NCBI GenBank assembly: GCA_034780895.1
Contig: JAUZTB010000057.1
Coordinates: 14,913,756-14,977,755 of the forward strand
Length of the DNA stretch: 64,000 nucleotides
Source: Rhynchobatus australiae
Taxonomy: Eukaryota
Reading direction: 5' to 3'
The notes under the pieces were generated by a model. The model had not been told where the DNA came from and made no database searches. It worked only from the letters and a program-made list of their open reading frames with translations. This document shows positions 1 through 12,395 of the stretch, piece by piece; position 1 is the first letter of the stretch; every line of letters starts with the position of its first letter. A program made the position numbers and the translations under genes.

Positions 1-224
1 CGCAGATAGTGTCTGATCTGCAGGGCACTTCTACCATTATTCTTTTGGTTTCGTTTCATCAAAGAGCTGGCCTGCATTCCATATTTTTTGTGTTCCTTTG
101 TGTTTTTGTATGTCCTTTGTGTTCTCTCTGTCCTTCTAATTAATGTATCAACCAGATGGCTCCGTAAACATCAAGATCACCTGGGCAACCCGGGTCTCAA
201 CCTATCGGAGGTAACCCTTTTGTC

Positions 225-385
225 CTTTCCATCTCTCTGACTCTCTCTGTAAATTGAAACATTTATTCTCTCATTTTCCTAGTTCTGATGAATAGTTTTC
301 GACCTGCAATGCAAAACTATATTTCTCTTTCCACTGATGCTGCCTGACTCGCTGAGCGTTTCCAACATTTTCTAATTTTACCTAC
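225..385 (+). mobile_element. Penelope-like element terminal (pLTR) fragment with eroded hammerhead core
   Basis: ttCTGATGAatagttttcgacctgcaatg...ccactgatgctgcctgactcgctgagcgtttccaacattttc resembles the recurrent elasmobranch PLE end (ctgatgaagggtc..cgaaacg...gatgctgcctgacctgctgag..ccagcatttt). Confidence 0.6.
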
Positions 386-504
386 AGCTGACACTTGATT
401 GGTTAAAGAGAAGCACAAATGCTTACCTAGTCACACAGAACCTTATAGAGGGAAACATGCTGGATTTGTAACTAGCACCAGTACAAATGAAAACCCTTCA
501 AAAA

Positions 505-835
505 TTCTTTGGACTCTTTTTACCCTTGAGAAAGCAGTGGTGAACGGCCTTCTGAACCTCTGCAGTCCATGCACTGAAGCTGTTCCCATGGTGCTGTTGG
601 AGAGGGAGTTCCAGGAGTTTAACCCAGCAACATCTATGTCAGGATGGCCTATGATATGGAGGAGAACTTGGTGGTGTTTCCATGAGTAGGCTGATATTTT
701 AAATGATGCAGGGTGCTGGTTTGTGAAAGGCAATCAAAGGAACCTTGGTGCATTGGTAGGGTGGACCTTGTAGATGTTGCACACTGCAGTCACACAATGC
801 CACTGGTGAAGGGTTTGAAAGTTTAAGGTGGTACC
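505..835 (-). mobile_element. Old LINE (CR1/L2 clade) 3' fragment
   Basis: cccttgagaaagcagtggtgaacggccttctgaac...gggagttccagga...; related copies at 25770-25970 (opposite strand) and 49790-50120. Confidence 0.55.
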
Positions 836-861
836 AATCAAGTCCCCAACTAGATATACCT

Positions 862-1055
862 GGTGTATTTTACTAGTCACATCCAGAAGGAACTCCAAAA
901 GGTTAATGAAACCAGTTTTCCTTTCAAAGATACATGTAGACTCCAAGTCCTATTATTCTTTTCAAGGTGTTCTTTTATTACATCCTTTCACTGGTATTGG
1001 ACTAACAGGTCAGCAGTTCCCTGTTTTCTCTCATCCCTTGTTTGTGGTTACGCCA
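862..1055 (-). mobile_element. CR1 RT fragment; inverted duplicate of about 1445-1606
   Basis: Minus-strand translation FINLLEFLLDVTSKI (CR1 RT LTNLLEFFEDVTS motif); the reverse complement closely matches 1474-1606. Confidence 0.8.
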
Positions 1056-1319
1056 GCTCATCAGTTATCACAGCACTGGCCTCTGGAGGTAGGAACTCCT
1101 TCACGTTCAGCAGAGAATGTGAGGAAGTGCCACGGAGATAAATGTGAAGCTGTTTCTCAGTTTCCTCTGGTGCAGCCTAAACATGTTAAACTCAAATCAG
1201 AAAATGGCAGAAGAATTAAACAATTACTTTGCACATTACTGAAAAAGAAACCCAAAACCTGCCAGATATGTGACAGAAGGGTCTATAACTGAAGAAGATA
1301 ATAATAAAAAAAAGGACTA

Positions 1320-2780
1320 CATAAGTTGGTGAGCTTGAGATCTGAAGGATCCAGTGACATGGATCCTATAGTTTTGAAGGAGATAGCTTTAGAAATGAAT
1401 GTCACCTTCCAGAGATCAATGGATTCTGGAATTGTCCCTTCGAATTGTAACATGACTATTAAACAAAGGATGTAATACCAGTGAAAGGATGTAATAACAG
1501 AACGCCTTGAAAAGAATAATAGGACTTGGAGTCTACATGTATCTTTGAAAGGAAAATCGGTTTGACTAACCTTCTAGAATTCCTTGTGGATGTGACTAGT
1601 AAAATAGATAAGGGGGAATCAGTGGATGTGGTGCATTTGAATTTTCAGTTTTGATGAAATCCCACACAAGTCATTGGTCAACAAAGTTGAGGCACATGGA
1701 ATTGGGAATGATGTACTGAACATGGATAGAGAATTGGTTACCAGACAGAAAGCAAAGAATGGGAATAAATCTTTCTCTCGTTGACTGACTGTCACAGGTG
1801 GGGTATGGCAGAGAATCACAATCTGTTGCAATAGTTTGGCTAGGGGATCAAATGTCATATTCCCAAGTTTTCTGATAGTACTAAACTAGGAGGGATTGGA
1901 AGCATGGAGGAGGATGTGAAGAGGCTTCAAGGAGATATGAAAGCTGAGCGAGAAGATAACATATGGAATATAATATGGAAAAATATGAGGGCACTCATTT
2001 TAATGCACGCAACTGAAAAGTAGAATATTTATTAAATGGTGAGAGATTGGATTGTGTTGATGTTCAAAGGGACCTGGGTGTGCTTATACACACATCATTG
2101 AAAGCCAACATGCAGCAGGCAATATAGAGGGCAAATGGTATTTTAGCCTTGAGAATAAGGGTTTGATTACAGGAGTAAGGAAGTCTTAGTGTAATTGTAT
2201 TGGCTCTTGGCAAGATTGACCTGAGACCATTATGTACAGTTTTGGTCTCCTTACCTCAGAAGCTTGTCTTGGAGAGAGTGAAGTAAAGATTTATCCAACT
2301 GGTTCAAGGAATGGCAAGTTTGCTGCATTGAGAGAGGCTGAGCAGTCTGGGACAGTATTCTTTTGAGTTTAAAACAATGAAAGGGGTTCTCATTGTTTTT
2401 TACTAAATTGTTAAAGGGCTTGGCTGGCTCTTTGCAGGGAAGATATTTCCCTTGAATAAGGAGTCCACGACCAAGGCATACTGCTTCACAATAAGGGGGA
2501 GGCCATTGAAATCTGAGGTGAAGAGAAATTTCTTAGAGGATGGAAATCTTTAGAATTCTCTATTCCAGAAGGATGCAGAGATTCAGTTGTTTCATTCATT
2601 CAAAATAGAGATCAATAGATTTCTGGATAGTACCGGAATCAAGGGATATGGTGTGAATGCTGAAAGTGGTATTGAGGTCGAAAATCAGCAATGACCCCAA
2701 TGAGTGACTGTGCAGGGTTGAAGGACCAGGTGGCCTTCTGCTCCTATTCTATATGTTTGTATGGTCTCCTGTTCTTATAT
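1320..2780 (+). mobile_element. 5'-truncated, decayed CR1 (HER1-like) LINE: RT region through 3' tail
   Basis: Degenerate RT motifs (LTNLLEFLVDVTSKIDKGESVDVVHL, QRDLGV, VQFWSPYL) and a CR1-type tail tggccttctgctcctattctatatgtt; many stops and frameshifts. Confidence 0.9.
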
Positions 2781-4423
2781 TGTCATGGGACATTAGATGT
2801 TGTATTAAAGAACAGCTCCAAATACTCCTTCCTGAAATATACATGATCAGTCCCTTCTCTTTGTTACCATTATGTTTCTTAGCAACAAGTCTCATTCCAT
2901 AATCCTTCCAATCAAATCACTCAGTATTGACAAGCTATTCCGATTCAGGGTCATCGCAAACCAGTCCAAACCTGATCTCACCTGATGTAAACACACACAT
3001 GGAAACCCAGAACAGAGGACATTATTCCCATAATCTGATTCAAATCCACATGTATTAGACAATACAGCCTCTCCTCAACTTACAAAATGAAAGCATTCCT
3101 GTAAAGCATATTGTTTTATGCAATTTCACAAACCAAAAATGCTGGATGAAATGCATTATGGATATTTTGTTACAGTGAATTCCTATGGATAGAAAGTGGT
3201 GTATTATTCATTATGGTGAAAAATAGAGTCGTAAATCGAAAGACAAGTACCCCAAAGAATAAATGGCATTATGATGAATGTGGATAAGCCTGTAACATTT
3301 AACAAAGAAAGACATTCTGCTGTCGATGGACAGTGACACATTGTCATCGTTTTGTTTATCCACTACAATCAGAATCCACAAGCAGGGCAACATGCATTAA
3401 CACCAAATAAAATATGGTTCTTTTCAGACTGCACTATTAAATAATACTACATTTATTTTATTCCTTCTAATTGTCTATTTAATCCATTTGATGTTCAGAA
3501 TTCTCTCATGACATTTCTTTATGGTATCTAATAATTAAGTGATTAGGGAACTATTATTCATCTAACATGTCTGATTCCATGAGTTGATGATGTGATGGGA
3601 TTGAGGTGAGAAGGAATTCTGCTTCTTGGACATTGATGTCCTTGTAGTTTTAGGATAAGACTGGAGTATATGACCAGGAGATCCTTTTCACCAGTAGCTT
3701 CTAGGTGCTAGTCATCTCGGGCACTCATTTTTCTGGTTACTGTGGGCTTGAAGAAACTAAATCATTAAGGCCTCCTTTACCTGAGTGGATCTTACTGAAA
3801 GAGTGGCTATTTTATTGATTTGTTGGAGAGAAATTACTTCAGGGGTATAATTCCCCTTGGTNNNNNNNNNNNNNNNNNNNNNNNNNNNNNNNNNNNNNNN
3901 NNNNNNNNNNNNNNNNNNNNNNNNNNNNNNNNNNNNNNNNNNNNNNNNNNNNNNNNNNNNNNNNNNNNNNNNNNNNNNNNNNNNNNNNNNNNNNNNNNNN
4001 NNNNNNNNNNNNNNNNNNNNNNNNNNNNNNNNNNNNNNNNNNNNNNNNNNNNNNNNNNNNNNNNNNNNNNNNNNNNNNNNNNNNNNNNNNNNNNNNNNNN
4101 NNNNNNNNNNNNNNNNNNNNNNNNNNNNNNNNNNNNNNNNNNNNNNNNNNNNNNNNNNNNNNNNNNNNNNNNNNNNNNNNNNNNNNNNNNNNNNNNNNNN
4201 NNNNNNNNNNNNNNNNNNNNNNNNNNNNNNNGGATATAATATGGACAACAATACTGGGTTGTCATTGATGGAAAATTATCAAGGGAACTTCTCTTGAGCA
4301 TAATGCAGCATATTTCTAATCCCAGACTTGATTATTTAAAGAAGACCTACAGTTTTTTCTGGTGCTGGGCCAGGAAGAAGTGTTATTTAAATACTATCAA
4401 ATGTCAAAATGCCTCTCTCCTAC

Positions 4424-5150
4424 TACAGTGCATGAAGTTAGCTTGTTACCAGCTTTACACATTAAGCATCTTGTGGATTACATACCTGGGTATTGCTGGG
4501 AAATATATCACAGGGTAACATTAAAGTACAGAACTCACAAGTCCAAAGACGCACATTTTTTCACATGACTTAGTATTGGGACCAACTTGCTACTTGATTT
4601 CAATTAAAACATTTGATTTTCACTACCTTTCCCCACAAAAGCAATAAATGATATTTGGGCATGGGTCCAAGACCTTCTGTTTCCTTAAGGATGAGCCCTG
4701 AATCCCACCATTGCTGGGAGTTTTTGTACAGGTTGGGGAGCACAGTGAAGGTGGAAGCCCGGACCTGGAGCTGGCACCTATTTTAACCAATGCTGATATC
4801 TTAGTCAAAAGGTGGGGGCCTGGAGTGTGGTCCTGTGCATTCAGGGGAGGGAAAACCACCAAGGCAAATCTAAGCACCTGAGCAAACCCAAGGGTCTTTG
4901 ACCTCTGCCCAAGATCAGTTGATGCTTCTGTGGCAAAAGGGATAGATGATAGGAGGCTTTAATTGAAATCAGGTTACAAACTGCTCCCAATGGTAACTCA
5001 TGTGAATAAAAAATCTCAAAATCTATGTGCTCATGGACTGTAGTCTGACACCATTCTTTAGTGTATTTCCCAGCAATACCAAGGTACCTAGCTTATAAAA
5101 CTGCTAGGAGTGTTATGATGGTATTAAACTAACATTCACTCATAATAGTA
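4424..5150. mobile_element. Old palindromic non-autonomous DNA element (MITE-like) with about 270-bp imperfect inverted arms
   Basis: About 4430-4693 is the degenerate reverse complement of about 4875-5145. Matching blocks: acctgggtattgctgggaaata / tatttcccagcaataccaaggt; tgatttcaattaaa / tttaattgaaatca; ttgggcatgggtccaagacc / ggtctttgacctctgcccaa. Confidence 0.7.
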
Positions 5151-5157
5151 AGTAAAA

Positions 5158-5445
5158 GGTACTCAGTAAACGGAGTACCAACTCAGCCTCGACTGTGCAA
5201 AGATCCACCATGCTTTGTTTGACTCATCCATATTGGAGACTTGCCTGCAAGTAAAAGGCATTTTGACATTTTTCAGGCGCTACCCAGTACTGCCAAGGAA
5301 ACACTAATAGAAAACTCCTTTTGTCTGTGGACAATGTTGGGTTGGGCAAACTGCAGGCAAGTTCCCAATGTGGATTAGAGTCAAACAAAGCATGGTGGAT
5401 CTTTGCACAGTATAGGCTGAGTTGCTACACCAATTACTGAGTACC
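5158..5445. mobile_element. MITE-like hairpin element with about 93-bp inverted arms
   Basis: 5158-5249 and 5352-5445 are inverted repeats that include an exact block actgtgcaaagatccaccatgctttgtttgactc; spacer about 100 bp. Confidence 0.8.
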
Positions 5446-7557
5446 ATTGGGCTGAAAACAGTGACACTCATCACTGAACCACATTGATAAACTCTTCTTG
5501 GAAGATAGGGCATTGAAAGAATTGAGGATAGCTCATGTTTCATCCTGCTGCTACCTACCCATTGGCAAGATGTTTATTTACATTCATTGCACAGGCACAC
5601 AAAGTAAATACCACCTTTAAGAAGTGCAGGCATGATGTGAATTGGTGCAGTTAGTTTCAGATTTCCATCTCCATTGCCTCAAAAAATTTTAGTCCCTAGG
5701 CCCAATAACTTTACTCCAAGTATTTCACAAAATCTGCCAGTAACTGACAATATTTTTAAGTAGCACAAGTGTAAGGCTGTTATTCATGTTTGCTTTCTTG
5801 TGAGCAGCAATTGCACATCTATGGGAAGTACCAGTTGTGCATTATGGGAGGACCATCATCTTTACTGCTCTGTACTCTGTCAATAAGCACATTGTGTGTG
5901 AAGAAAGTCTCAGTAAACACTGTACCCACTGTAGGTTATGAATAGTACTGTGATCAATTTTACACTGCAATTCAATCTGTAAAATTGAAAGAACATCCAC
6001 TACTCTGTAATGTTTCCTCGGCCAATATTTGCTTAAAGCAATTCCAGTCAATTAAACTACAAATTAGTAAACTTATTGGCAAGGAATTATATCCTTGGCT
6101 TCACACGTGAGGACATTTTGTAGGAGAGCATTTCAAACCAGGAAGTCTGACTGACTTTCCCATTCAGAACTCAGGGTTGCATGTCTAATTTGCAACATGG
6201 AATTACCTCTCCCCTCCTCACTCTCCTGTCACGGCATTTGCCAGGCCACATCTCCATATTGCTGGTGCTGAGTACCAACTCTTTGTACAGTAGATCAAAG
6301 CCAGGATTTTCCTGATTTCTTTGCTTCAACAGCTTTCTAGATTCACTTGTTCAGTTATTGGAATGCTTCTGCAATGTCACTTTAGGAAATTTTAGATTTG
6401 CCATTGTGATTGGAAGCCTCTCCTTCTGGTTATTCTACAATTGCTTGCCATGTTATTTCCTGCTGAAACATGACTGTGACTTTAAAATAAAAACTTTTTG
6501 GGGATAATAATTCATCTTCTGTTGTATGTGCAAAACATCGGTCTCCACTTCTCAAATTCAATGTGTATAAGTTACTATATGAATTTAGCACATGCAACAC
6601 AGGATCAATTCCACCACAGATTTGTGTATTATTCTGGTCAGAATATTGATATAAATGCAGAAAACCACATGTATTGAAATAAGAATTAGGGACCTCACTT
6701 AAAATAGATCTTATGATTGACAGTACGCCATCCCATGCAGCTTATTATCCAATGCCTCTGAATAAATTAGACAAATAATTCACTTCTTCTACCCAGGAGT
6801 TTATCAGGAATTTTGTAAGGATTTAATCAAGATCACTGAGGTCAATTTAGGGTCATCCAGTCAGTCAGTAAGGAGCCATGGAAAAAGCTAAGTACAAAAA
6901 AATTCCACTGGAAAACATACAGACAAAATCCACAAGTGTAAGTTATCTGACTGAAAAATATGAGTCTGTTTCAGTGCCTTGTCCAGCTTAAAGTCTATGT
7001 CCTTATCATGTAAATGCAGGTTTAACACTATTAAAATTCTTTTTTTTTCTCTTATTGGCTTTGATATTAGTAGTTTCATGACTAGAATGATTAATGGACT
7101 ATTTTTAGCCTTAAACATTAATGTTTGCTCTTGCTCTGCTGAAGTGTAATATTTTCATCAAGGATCTTTGGCAAGTGAGTCCTGCAAAATGTACAGGAAA
7201 AATGATTTACAAACAAAAAGGCAAAAATGGCAAATGCACGCAGGGAATGCAAAATGANNNNNNNNNNNNNNNNNNNNNNNNNNNNNNNNNNNNNNNNNNN
7301 NNNNNNNNNNNNNNNNNNNNNNNNNNNNNNNNNNNNNNNNNCCGCTGGTTCATTTCACCTCAGATTTGGGCGCCAGGACTTTATCACTGAGAAAATGAGC
7401 AATTCTCCCAAAAGCTCAGTGGGATTTATGAGCGACCTGGTACCTCTCAAGCAGATTAAAGACAGGCTGAAGCAAAACCTTATGGCCTTCAAAAGGCAGT
7501 CTGTGGTTCTCTAAGATACGAGAAGCATATTTCCCCTTTACATGTTCATTCCAGGTT

Positions 7558-7760
7558 TCATAGAATTAATTACAGCACAAAAACAAGCCATTCAGCTCAA
7601 CTACCCCATATCAGTGCTTTTGCTTTGCCGGAACCCTCTTCCTATCCAATTTCACCCTATCAGAAGAGGCTTCAATCCCTTTCTCCCTTTTATACACACC
7701 GCATCAATCCTTTTACTATTTGCTTCAACTTCTCTGCGGGCCGGCCAATTACATATTCAG
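7558..7760 (-). mobile_element. CR1 3'-end fragment
   Basis: catagaattaattacagcacaaaaacaagccattcagc... is a typical reverse-strand CR1 tail. Confidence 0.55.
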
Positions 7761-9494
7761 CAATAATTCCAGCTCTGAAGATAAAAGGAAAGAATAGCAA
7801 CACAAGTATTGAGTTAATCTGCCTCCTACCCTACAGTTGTATGCAAAGTGATACAATTTGACAGAAAAGATGAAAGATCCACCACCCAGAGCATTAGTGA
7901 GATCCTTCTCCAAATGTCACCTGACTCAAATTCTTGAACATCTTGCAACCAGTACAATTTAAATAGTATTGCTTCAGTATTAATCTTTCATTTCTTTTCT
8001 GCAATTTCTTTTGTAGTCTTCCAGGCAAGAACATAATTCATCACAACACCCACTTGAAGAACTGAGACTTCTGAGACTATCAAGTTGTTTTTATTACATA
8101 TCGTTGCAAGATGTAAACATCAACACCTATATTTTCTATGATGTGTTCACGGGGACTGTTCAGTTCAACTTAAATCATTTGGAGAAACTTCATACACTGT
8201 GGCTTATTTTAACATTCTCTTCAAGAGATGTATGTTATATTTGCTTGATGTGTACTTTTTAATCACACAGATCTCTTCTGCTTCATTGTGGCTATGTTGC
8301 ATAAGTGAAGTGGGTGGGTGGTGTGGTCAGGAGAAAGGGACAGTGCAGCGGCTTAGAAATTGCTTTACTGCTTTTAAAGCAGTGTTGCTGTTGCCTTGAT
8401 GCTGTTCCATTAACTGCATGAATTTCAGTTACCAAGATTCTTTCCCCACGCTGTGTCAGATTTGGTACATACATTGCTTTGATATATTGCAAAAGTTCTA
8501 GCAACAGCTGGAAGTTAGACTAGTAATGCAACCCTTCCCCCCCCAACCCAACTTAAAAAGGGTCATGCCATAATATAAGCGTCATTCTTCAAGCTTCTAA
8601 GTTGCTTCTTAGAGAATAGATCCAGTAATGATGGAGGGCAGAGTGGTAAAAGAATGACCCCAGGGGCTATGTGTTCTACGTGTAAGAAAGCACAGAGATC
8701 CTTCAGGTGCTCCTGCTGGAGTTGCCAGAGGAGTTTCTGTAAGGCGCAATGCTATATGAGAGTAAAATGAAGGCCTGCACTTTTGGAAAGGCTGCAATTC
8801 CAGCAAAATATCCCGTGCTCATACTTCCACTCTGGAGCATATCTTGTGTCCTCCAGTATAGAGTTTGGATGACTTCCTGAATGCAAAAGTGCGCAGCAGC
8901 CTAGAATGATCCTGAGGCCAGGAAGCTGGAAAAGACTGACCTGGACCTCCGTGGGCTAAGCAGTCAGATGTATGTAGGAGGTCACAGACCTCTGTGAAGC
9001 TGAAGTTTGATGCTGGCCCTATAAATAGCATGGTTTCAGGGGAAACAATTTTACTACACTGTTCTTCCATAAATGAACAAAATCGTTCAGATCACTGAGG
9101 CTGAAAATTACAATGGAGACCAGTCTTGGGCTTTGTATTAGAGCTGATGTCATTTGTCAGTTTTCCAGTGGAAAATGATACAGGGGAAAGGAAAATCCTT
9201 CCAGAAAGTTAGCTGTCAAATTCCCCAAGGCATTGAAGATCCACAGAAATGGATGCAGTGTTGCTCTATCTCAGGTTAAGCTAATTTTCAACTGCAGAGC
9301 GCCATTTTGTCAGAGATGTGCAAAGGAATTTTTGGGCCTGTGAGAATTGCTCAAGTTGTATAAAATTATTGAGGTTAATGTGGCAGAACCCAAGCAGGTC
9401 TGCACCCACTGACACACATAAGTGAAATTCACCTTTTGTGTTCTGATACTTATCTCTGTGATTCTCCACAGTACACTGCTGAGATCCTGGTAAA

Positions 9495-9690
9495 CAGAAT
9501 GACTTGCACTAATAGAGCACATTGACTTCCAGAAGGCCTGAAGCACCTCAGTCAATTATAATGTACCCATTCTTGTAAAGCAGTAAACACAGTTTACAGA
9601 GAGCTCCCCCAAACAGCAATGGGATCATCATCAGATAAATTGCTTTTCACTGATATTGATATAAAACTCTTTTCAACTCCAGGCATGTTT
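9495..9690 (-). mobile_element. Deu-domain SINE (SacSINE1/AmnSINE-like), decayed
   Basis: gctcccccaaacagcaatgggatcatcatcagataaattgctttt resembles the reverse complement of the Deu core (gatcccacaaacagcaatgtgataatgaccagataatctgttttt), recalled from memory. Confidence 0.5.
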
Positions 9691-9761
9691 CTCATCTTTT
9701 TTTATGTGACTTATTTAGAAAACTGCCCTCTTCCTGCTTATCACTTAACAACAAAATTGAT

Positions 9762-10410
9762 TGGAGACACAAGAGACTGCAGATGCTGAAGTCTCTAGCA
9801 AAAGATAAACTGCTGGTGCAACTCAGTGAGTTGAGCAGCACGTGTAGAGGCAAAGGGATGATTGACATTTCAGGCCCAGACCCAGCATCAAGACTGCGAG
9901 TACAGAGAGAAGATAGGCAGTAGGGAGGATTAAGAGGGAGAGGGAAGACAGAGGGTGGTAGGTGAAAGGTGGAACCAGATGAGGGGTTGGATGATGGACA
10001 GATGGGACTAGGTGGGGGAGGGGAGGAGAGTGTTGAGACAGAGGCCGATAGGTAATACGTGGAAACATAAGAACAGAAAAAAAATTAGGCAGATGGAACT
10101 GGGTGGGGAAGGGGACAGGGAAGGGCGGAGACAGAGGCTGGCAGGAGGTAGGTGGAACCAGATAAGAGAGAGATGATGGACTGATGGAATCAGGTTGGGG
10201 ATGGGATAGGAAAGCTGAGCCAAGGGAGAAGAAACCCAGGTAGATAGGTATGCAGTTGATGGCAGATGGAACCAGGTGGAGGAGGATGATGAATCTAGGT
10301 AAGGAGGGGATGGGGAGGATTGGAACAGGTAAACAAAGGGTGAGAGACATTGGACGGACTGGCAGGAGTTGAAATGAACACAGGAAGTGAGTTACTTGAA
10401 ATTGGATTGT
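9762..10410 (-). mobile_element. Penelope-like element 3' region/pLTR
   Basis: ggagacacaagagactgcagatgctg...actcag..cagca...gacatttcaggcccagaccc, followed by a long purine-rich tract ending ttacttgaaattgg; accounts for the spurious Pro/Ser/Leu-rich ORF 9823-10350. Confidence 0.7.
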
Positions 10411-12256
10411 AAAAGCAAGGTTGGTTCAATGGGAGGTTCAATGAATGACTCTTGTTGACTTTATAAACTTGCTAATTATGAATTTCTTTCTTTGTACTTA
10501 TTGAAAATCTGTAATCAGTTTGTAGGACCATTGCCCCAAGCCTCCCATCAATTCCTTGTCTTCAATTGGCAATGTTTGCCTTTCTGTGAGACTAACACTG
10601 AACTAGAAGTGATTTACAGACAATTAAATTATGGTTCTGATGTACATGTGCAAGGTTAGGTAATCAAGCTTGATGAGACCTTTAGGGNNNNNNNNNNNNN
10701 NNNNNNNNNNNNNNNNNNNNNNNNNNNNNNNNNNNNNNNNNNNNNNNNNNNNNNNNNNNNNNNNNNNNNNNNNNNNNNNNNNNNNNNAGACCTTTAGGGG
10801 TGTAATTGGAGTGTAAAGTAATTATCTAAAACTGATTACACACCAGTGCCATTTGACTTCAGATTGAGGGCAACCACTGTACATGATTAATTGTAACATT
10901 TAATCTAGTTATTTACCCTGATATAAAAACAGAAAATGCTGGAAATTCTCAGAAGGTCATATGTTATGTCTGGAGAAAGGAAAAGAAAACAGAAAATAAG
11001 CTGGACCTTGGTGTCAGAATTACAAACCAGGATTGGGCAGAAAATTCATTGTTCCAAATTATTGCTGAATTTTAAAAGTGATAAATTATAGACAATTGCA
11101 ATATTCTTGCCTGCAGCAGAGTCATGGATAGCTGATGAAGATTTTTCTTAATGCTAGTTGAAGATTATAGTAAATGGTTACTCATTGAGTACATTACATA
11201 TGCAATAAATTTGACAAATGATAATGCATTTAAATTTTTTCCTTGGATTACTAACGTTGTTACATCTCAAACAATTCTGCATTATTTAAAAGTGTTGAAA
11301 GTTTGATCTGTTACATTTGTTCTGCAATGAGATCTAATTAGGAAAAGGCTGGTCTTGATTGGCTGAACAAAATGTTCCAGTTTGCCTTTAAACTAATCAA
11401 ATATGGAGTTTCAAAGATGTGGGGCCACAGTTCCAAAATGAAACGTGGATAATGTTAAGTGGAGCAAATGAAAAGAAATATGATTGATTTGTTAAAATAA
11501 AACCTGGGGCAAAAGAAGTTGAGCAGAATAGATATGATTGAATTAAGAATATTATAAAAATGGAACGATTGATGGGAGACAGATTAGAAGTTAGGAAAAG
11601 GGTCTTCTACCTCCCAAAAGCAAAAACCTGTAAGAATCGGGGGACAGACAAAGGGAGAAAGAGCCAGCAACAGGCAAATTGATCACTCACTTACATCTGC
11701 ACACACTTCTCTTCTGATTATTTGGGAATAGAACAGCATTGTATTGACTGGGAATAAATTAGAGGGTTATCCTGAAATGTTGCATTGAACTAAGGAGTCC
11801 AAACCTCATAATGTAACAGCAACCTTAAATTAGACTAACTTACAGACCATTACAAGATATGACCCAATTAAATCTCACAAACAGGAAACAGAATGACCAG
11901 CTAAATTGTTTAAACTGAGGGAATGATGGGTCAGGGAGTCTCTTGCTCTGTGGCCTGGTTTAACGAAGGAGAGTAAAGCGTGAGATCAAAGTCAGTCTTG
12001 CTATTCAACTTACTGTACACAATATTGTTAGATCTAAAACATTTCCAAAACAAATGATTCATATAAGACATATTAAATTTTGTGCTGTTGCCCTGCACCA
12101 GATATGTATTTTGTATGAAGCCTATTTTAATTTACAGGCATCTCCCACATTATGGCNNNNNNNNNNNNNNNNNNNNNNNNNNNNNNNNNNNNNNNNNNNN
12201 NNNNNNNNNNNNNNNNNNNNNNNNNNNNNNNNNNNNNNNNNNNNNNNNNNNNNNNN

Positions 12257-12395
12257 CGATGTTTCAGGTCAAGGCCCTTCATCATTCATTTAGTCTATTT
12301 CCCTCCATAGGTGCTGCCTGACCTGCGAGTTCCTCCAGCATTTTGTGTGTGTTGCTCCAGATTCCAGCATCTGTAGAATCTCTTGTCTCTCCATT
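12257..12395. mobile_element. Penelope-like terminal fragments in inverted arrangement
   Basis: Minus-strand tgatgaagggccttgacctgaaacatcg directly adjoins plus-strand ccataggtgctgcctgacctgcgagttcctccagcattttgtgtgtgttgctccagattccagcatctg. Confidence 0.7.

Noticed and set aside
9823-10350. 175-aa Pro/Ser/Leu-rich ORF
   Set aside because: It translates the pyrimidine-rich strand of a Penelope-like terminal region; low complexity and no domain.
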